A stretch of 63,937 nt of DNA, counting the filler, from Caldilineae bacterium (lineage in GTDB: Bacteria; Chloroflexota; Anaerolineae; DTLA01), in assembly GCA_037446815.1 (NCBI GenBank). It is 13 parts of 13 records of this genome, joined end to end, with 100 filler letters (N's around TTAATTAATTAA, not from the genome) between each part and the next. Parts side by side here need not be neighbours in the genome. Positions count along the whole stretch, not along the records: positions 56,093 to 60,608 come from JBBIHX010000206.1; positions 60,709 to 63,937 come from JBBIHX010000237.1; 11 more parts are not named here. The stretch is one strand, 5' to 3'. Shown piece by piece: positions 59,641 to 63,937 of the stretch. Every line of letters begins with the position of its first letter. Positions within the stretch are counted from its first letter, which is position 1. The notes beneath the pieces are model-generated. The model searched no databases and was not told the DNA's origin. It saw nothing but the letters and a program-made list of their open reading frames with translations. A program made the translations under genes and the position numbers.

Positions 59641-60286
59641 CTCGCTCCTCCTCCCTGTGGATCACCACGGCGAGCAGGATTCCGTCCGCTGTGGACACGC
59701 GGGCCATCGGGCCGAGCATGACGTTGCTGATGCCCCGGCCTGGCCCCATGAACAGACTCTCGCGCCGCAGAGGATACTCCAGCCCTTCGGTCTCAATGCC
59801 CCGGACTTCGGGGGTGAGCGGGATGAGCGAGACCGTATCGCCGCGCGCGCCGCGAATCTCGGCCTGCTCCCAAATCACGAACGCCTCCATGCGCCCATCC
59901 ACCAGGCGCACGCGCCTGCCGCGCAACTGCGACATGGTGAGCAGGTACACGTTGCCCAGGGTGTGGTCCAGGCGGCCCCCCAGCGCCCCGGCGATGGTGA
60001 TGTCATCGGCCCCGCGCCGCACCGCCTCCAACAGCGCCAACTCCAGGTCGGTCTCGTCCTTGCGCGATGGGACGGTGATGATCTCCACCCCCGCCTGCCG
60101 CAGCGAGTACAGGACGTCAGGCGCGAGGGAATCCATGTCGCCCACGACCACGTGCGGGCGGACGCCGGCGACCAGCGCGCGGGCTGCCCCGCCGTCGGCG
60201 GCGATGATGAGGTCCGCGCCTTGGGCCAGGCGTGGCAGCGCGCCGGTGTCGGCGTCGGTTGATGCTGCGATGATGAGCGTTCTCAC
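59618..60286 (-). CDS. thiN: Thiamine pyrophosphokinase
   Basis: IAADGG, GDMDS, KDETD, GGRLDH, GLEYPL, GISN; GTG start after GGAGG. Confidence 0.93.
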   Translation of the reverse strand: MRTLIIAASTDADTGALPRLAQGADLIIAADGGAARALVAGVRPHVVVGDMDSLAPDVLYSLRQAGVEIITVPSRKDETDLELALLEAVRRGADDITIAGALGGRLDHTLGNVYLLTMSQLRGRRVRLVDGRMEAFVIWEQAEIRGARGDTVSLIPLTPEVRGIETEGLEYPLRRESLFMGPGRGISNVMLGPMARVSTADGILLAVVIHREEERDADAGAV

Positions 60287-60346
60287 ATGCACCTCCGGCA
60301 AAACAAAAGCCACCTGCCCTGGATGGGCCGATGGCCATAGAAAAGC

Positions 60347-60441
60347 AGACTTCCCTACGCTAGCATTACCCAGGTCAGGTTCAAGGGGTCGATGCCGGGC
60401 TAGGCATCCTCTCAGCGCAGTTCCGTGCGCTCCCCCAGTCC
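60347..60441 (-). ncRNA. TPP riboswitch
   Basis: Minus strand GACUGGGGGAGC...GCUGAGAGG...GACCCCUUGAACCUGACCUGGGUAAUGCUAGCGUAGGGAAGUC. Confidence 0.96.
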
Positions 60442-60460
60442 TATTCGGTTGTCTGGGATA

Positions 60461-60489
60461 ACTTTACACCGAGTTGCCCCCGCCGTCAA
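60461..60489 (-). promoter_or_regulatory. Sigma70-like promoter TTGACG-17-TAAAGT
   Basis: Just upstream of the TPP aptamer. Confidence 0.6.
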
Positions 60490-60708
60490 ATCGCCGTACG
60501 GCGCCTCGCTCCGGAGGGTGGTGGTAACCGGCGTGGCGGGCGGCCCCGCTGTCATTAGGAGGGTACGAGAGGATACAGCGAGGAACAGGGAGGCAGGGCG
60601 ACTCGGTTNNNNNNNNNNNNNNNNNNNNNNNNNNNNNNNNNNNNNNNNNNNNTTAATTAATTAANNNNNNNNNNNNNNNNNNNNNNNNNNNNNNNNNNNN
60701 NNNNNNNN

Positions 60709-60732
60709 ACCAACACAAGATGGAACCGAATC
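60709..60732. mobile_element. MITE end (contig start)
   Basis: ACCAACACAAGATGGAACCGAATC. Confidence 0.8.
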
Positions 60733-60749
60733 GCGCGGATGACACCCCC

Positions 60750-60779
60750 TTGACGCAGCGCGGTTCTCCATGCTACAAT
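60750..60779 (+). promoter_or_regulatory. Sigma70-like promoter TTGACG-18-TACAAT with extended TG
   Basis: -35 box is 17 bp from the MITE end. Confidence 0.7.
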
Positions 60780-60876
60780 AGGGGCAGAACCGGGGGCTGT
60801 CGCATCGTCCCGGCCTGTTCCAGTTCCGAAATCACCGTGGACGTCATCCGCATCGCCCCCGGCAGGAGCGAGGAAC

Positions 60877-61305
60877 ATGGCACAGGAGTTTCGCGAGATT
60901 TACGGCAACATCCCGGGTGTGGTGCGCGGGCTGTTCCACGACGCCCAGAAGGGCAATGAGGCCGGCGCGCGCCTTCTGTCCATGGGCGTGGCCCCGCGCG
61001 ACCTTCAGGTCATCCCCATCACGCCGCCGGAGGAGCGCAAGTACGCGCGGCCGCTCTTGGAAATCCTCGGCATTCGGAAGCCAAGAGTGCAAGAAAAGAA
61101 GGCCGAGCAAGGCCCCGGCCAGTTCAAGCCAGGTGATGTGGTCGTCCTGGTGCGGCTGCGGGAATGGACGCGGGAGCGCGTGGAGAAGGCGCTCCTGGAC
61201 ATGGGGGCGGATGAGGTAGCGTACTTCCCGCCGCCTGGCGAGGGCGAGGTCATCGGCGCGAAAGTGGCTCCCGCGCGCCCGACCTACACGCGGCCCAGCG
61301 CCTAG
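60877..61305 (+). CDS. Hypothetical protein
   Basis: RBS, upstream promoter and genome-typical codon use; no recognised motif. Confidence 0.7.
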   Translation: MAQEFREIYGNIPGVVRGLFHDAQKGNEAGARLLSMGVAPRDLQVIPITPPEERKYARPLLEILGIRKPRVQEKKAEQGPGQFKPGDVVVLVRLREWTRERVEKALLDMGADEVAYFPPPGEGEVIGAKVAPARPTYTRPSA

Positions 61306-61437
61306 CGCGCCTGCGGCAGGCGTATCCCTTCCCGCGACGCGGCGCACGTCCCGTCGGGCCATCGGCGCTGCCCGCTGGCGTAGCACGGGTATCGCCTGCG
61401 CCTGCGCGCGAGCCGCCAATCCAAAGGAGTCGCAACC

Positions 61438-62310
61438 ATGACCCTATCGGAGTCTATCCTGCAAACCTTGCTGGCCCACCAGCGCAACGAGATCACCGAG
61501 CACCACATCTACCGTCGGCTGGCCGCGACCGTCCGCGAGGCTGAGAATCGGCGCGTGCTGGAGCGCATCGCCGCCGACGAACTGCGCCATTACCACGCCT
61601 GGAAGAAGCACACCGGCTCCGATGTAGCGCCTGACCGCATGCGGATTTGGAAGTATTACGCCATCAGTCGCATCTTCGGGTTCACGTTCGGCGTCAAGTT
61701 GATGGAGCGGGGCGAGGACAGCGCCCACGCTAGTTACGCCCAATTGCGGGATGCGATTCCCGAAGCCGCCGCCATCGCCGCCGAGGAAGAGGCCCACGAG
61801 TCCGCCCTGCTCCAGATGCTGGACGAGGAGCGCCTGCGCTATACCGGCTCCATGGTGCTGGGCCTGAGCGACGCGCTGGTGGAACTGACCGGCGCGCTGG
61901 CGGGCCTGACCCTGGCGCTGCAAGACACGCGGCTTATCGCCATGACCGGCTCCATCACGGGCATCGCCGCCGCCCTGTCCATGGCCGCGTCCGAGTACCT
62001 GTCCACCAAAGCCGAGCGGACGGTCAAGAGTCCCGGGCGGGCGGCCCTGTACACGGGCGTGGCGTATCTCATGACCGTTCTCCTGCTCATCCTGCCGTAC
62101 CTGCTGGCCACGAACTACTACGTCTGCCTGGCGTGCTCGCTGGCGCTGGCTGTGCTCATCATCGCCGGGTTCAACTACTACATCTCCGTGGCGAAGGACG
62201 AGCCTTTCCGTCGGCGGTTCGCGGAGATGGCCGGGTTGAGCCTGGGCGTGGCGGCGTTCAGTTTCCTGGTCGGCCTGCTCATGCGGACCTTCTTCGGCAT
62301 TGACATCTAG
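61438..62310 (+). CDS. VIT1/CCC1 family transporter with N-terminal ferritin-like (rubrerythrin) domain
   Basis: [32 protein letters not shown]. Confidence 0.9.
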   Translation: MTLSESILQTLLAHQRNEITEHHIYRRLAATVREAENRRVLERIAADELRHYHAWKKHTGSDVAPDRMRIWKYYAISRIFGFTFGVKLMERGEDSAHASYAQLRDAIPEAAAIAAEEEAHESALLQMLDEERLRYTGSMVLGLSDALVELTGALAGLTLALQDTRLIAMTGSITGIAAALSMAASEYLSTKAERTVKSPGRAALYTGVAYLMTVLLLILPYLLATNYYVCLACSLALAVLIIAGFNYYISVAKDEPFRRRFAEMAGLSLGVAAFSFLVGLLMRTFFGIDI

Positions 62311-62326
62311 GGGGCGCGGCGTGGTG

Positions 62327-62864
62327 ATGCAGAACCTGCGACGGTGGGAGATTGCGGGCGTTGTCTTCATCCTTTTTGCTGGGTCGGCGCTGCACTTCGC
62401 CTTTGAGTGGTCAGGCTACTGGCGGCCCATCGCCTGGCTCGCGGCTGTGAACGAAAGCGTGTGGGAGCACCTGAAACTCGCGTTTTGGCCTGCGCTGGCG
62501 TTCGCGTTGGCCGAGTTATGCGGCATTGGGCGGGCGTGTGCCGGGTTTCTGGGCGGCCAAGTCGGTGGGAATCGCCGTGATGCCCGCGACCATCGTGGCC
62601 CTGTTCTATGCCTATACGGCCGTTCTGGGCCACGGGTTCTTTGCACTGGATGTCCTCATCTTTATTGGCGCAGTCGCCCTGGGCCAGTGGGTGAGTTATC
62701 GGCTTCTGTCGCCGAAGTGGCCGGTGAGCGCCGCGGCCCTCGCCCTGCCCATCCTGCTGGCGCTGGCGTTTGTCGTGTTCTCGTATCGCCCGCCGCAGGT
62801 GGGCCTGTTCCGCGACGGGCCGACGGGGGAGTACGGCATCTTGGAGGAGTATGGGGCGCATTAG
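62327..62864 (+). pseudogene. DUF6512-like membrane protein with a 1-bp frameshift near 62516
   Basis: GSALHF, VNESVWEHLKL in frame 1; FYAYT...DVLIF in frame 2; removing one T from GAGTTATGCG joins them. Confidence 0.7.
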
Positions 62865-63654
62865 GAAGCCGACGGCGGACAGGGTGAACGGCGTTATCCT
62901 GGACATTGACGGCGTGCTCCAGTTCCGGGGTAAGGTTTACCCTGGGGCGGTGGAAGCGGTGCGTGCGCTGCGCAACGGCGGACTCATCCTGCGGTTCCTG
63001 TCCAACAGCACCCTGCACAGCCGTCGCAGCCGCGCCGAGCGCCTGGCCCAGATGGGATTCGCCATCTCGCCCGAGGAGGTCATCACCGCGTCGTATGCCA
63101 CCGCCGCTTACCTGCGCCCTCTTCGGCCTCGGTCGGTGTGGCTGATGCTGGACGGCGCGGGCAGGGAGGAGTTCCACGACTTCGTCCACGACGAGGAACA
63201 GCCGGAGTACATCGTCATTGGGGACAACCGCAGCCGATTCAACTTTGACACGCTGAACAAAGCGTTGCGACTGCTGATGCGCGGGGCGAAACTCGTGGCC
63301 ATGTCGCCCGAACTGGTGGACGCCAGCCTGGGCGATGTGGAACTGAACGTGGGAGCCTGGGCGCTGATGCTGGAGCGGGCGTCGGGCGTGCAGGCCACCT
63401 ACGTGGGCAAGCCCAATGCGTACATGTTCGCCCTGGCGCTGGCCACGATGGGCCTGACCAAGGACGAGGTCATCATGGTGGGCGACCGCCTGTCGTCCGA
63501 CATCCAGGGGGCCAACGCGTTCGGGATTCGGTCGGTGCTGGTGAAGACGGGCGAGTACGCGCTGGGACGCACCGAGGGGAACGCCCGCCCAGACTGGGTG
63601 CTGGAGTCGGTGGCCGAGTTGCCCGCGCTGCTGGGCCTGGGCGGCGAAACGTAG
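62851..63654 (+). CDS. HAD-IIA family hydrolase
   Basis: DIDGVL, LSNS, GKPN, MVGDRLSSDI, VKTG. Confidence 0.93.
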   Translation: MGRIRKPTADRVNGVILDIDGVLQFRGKVYPGAVEAVRALRNGGLILRFLSNSTLHSRRSRAERLAQMGFAISPEEVITASYATAAYLRPLRPRSVWLMLDGAGREEFHDFVHDEEQPEYIVIGDNRSRFNFDTLNKALRLLMRGAKLVAMSPELVDASLGDVELNVGAWALMLERASGVQATYVGKPNAYMFALALATMGLTKDEVIMVGDRLSSDIQGANAFGIRSVLVKTGEYALGRTEGNARPDWVLESVAELPALLGLGGET

Positions 63655-63937
63655 CCGCAGACCCGCGCCTCTCCGCGGTGGAGTGAGTTTCACCGCGGAG
63701 GCACAGAGGGCGCACAGGGAATCAGTTTTTTTCTCTGCGTCGCTGGGCCTCTCCGCGTTCTGCTCCGAGAATAGGCAGGGGCAGGTCGCGGTTGTGGGCG
63801 CAGCCCTTGAATATTGAGTCGTCGCGGCATCGCAGGAGATAGAGGGTGGGACAGGCGAAGATACGCACCGCGGGATGGGACGGCCGCGGGGGCGATGCGC
63901 GCACCGCCCCCGCAAGACGCCGCTCATTTGTCGCGCG

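Overview
This window is not one continuous locus. It joins 13 short contigs (about 4.5-5.4 kb; the complete ones are ordered by decreasing length) with 100-bp N/TTAATTAATTAA linkers, plus one internal scaffold gap at 53311-53410. Gene neighbourhoods can therefore only be read within a contig. The DNA is high-GC and looks like a Chloroflexota (Anaerolineae-like) MAG, which is an inference from the gene content and repeat style. Most genes are housekeeping, transport or catabolic: ABC transporters, amidase, GGT, ccdA/resA, rpsT, birA, PBP2, sortase, murJ, ligA and tRNA-Val(CAC). Four signals stand out. (1) A 150-bp MITE family has 5 full copies and several partial ends, terminal inverted repeats, 8-bp target duplications and an internal REP-like hairpin pair; five of its ends lie 15-17 bp upstream of sigma70 -35 boxes, suggesting promoter-targeted transposition. 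(2) A protein-disulfide oxidoreductase has an in-frame UGA at a CxxC cysteine position followed by a SECIS-like hairpin, so it is probably a selenoprotein. (3) A TPP riboswitch controls a thiN-methyltransferase-ykoF-thiXYZ-like operon. (4) Two catabolic operons are uncharacterised: non-pyrrolysine MttB + PLP lyase + PrpD, and a stand-alone PEP-synthase N-domain + HprK-like protein + 2-oxoacid dehydrogenase. Intergenic DNA is dense with several palindromic repeat families.
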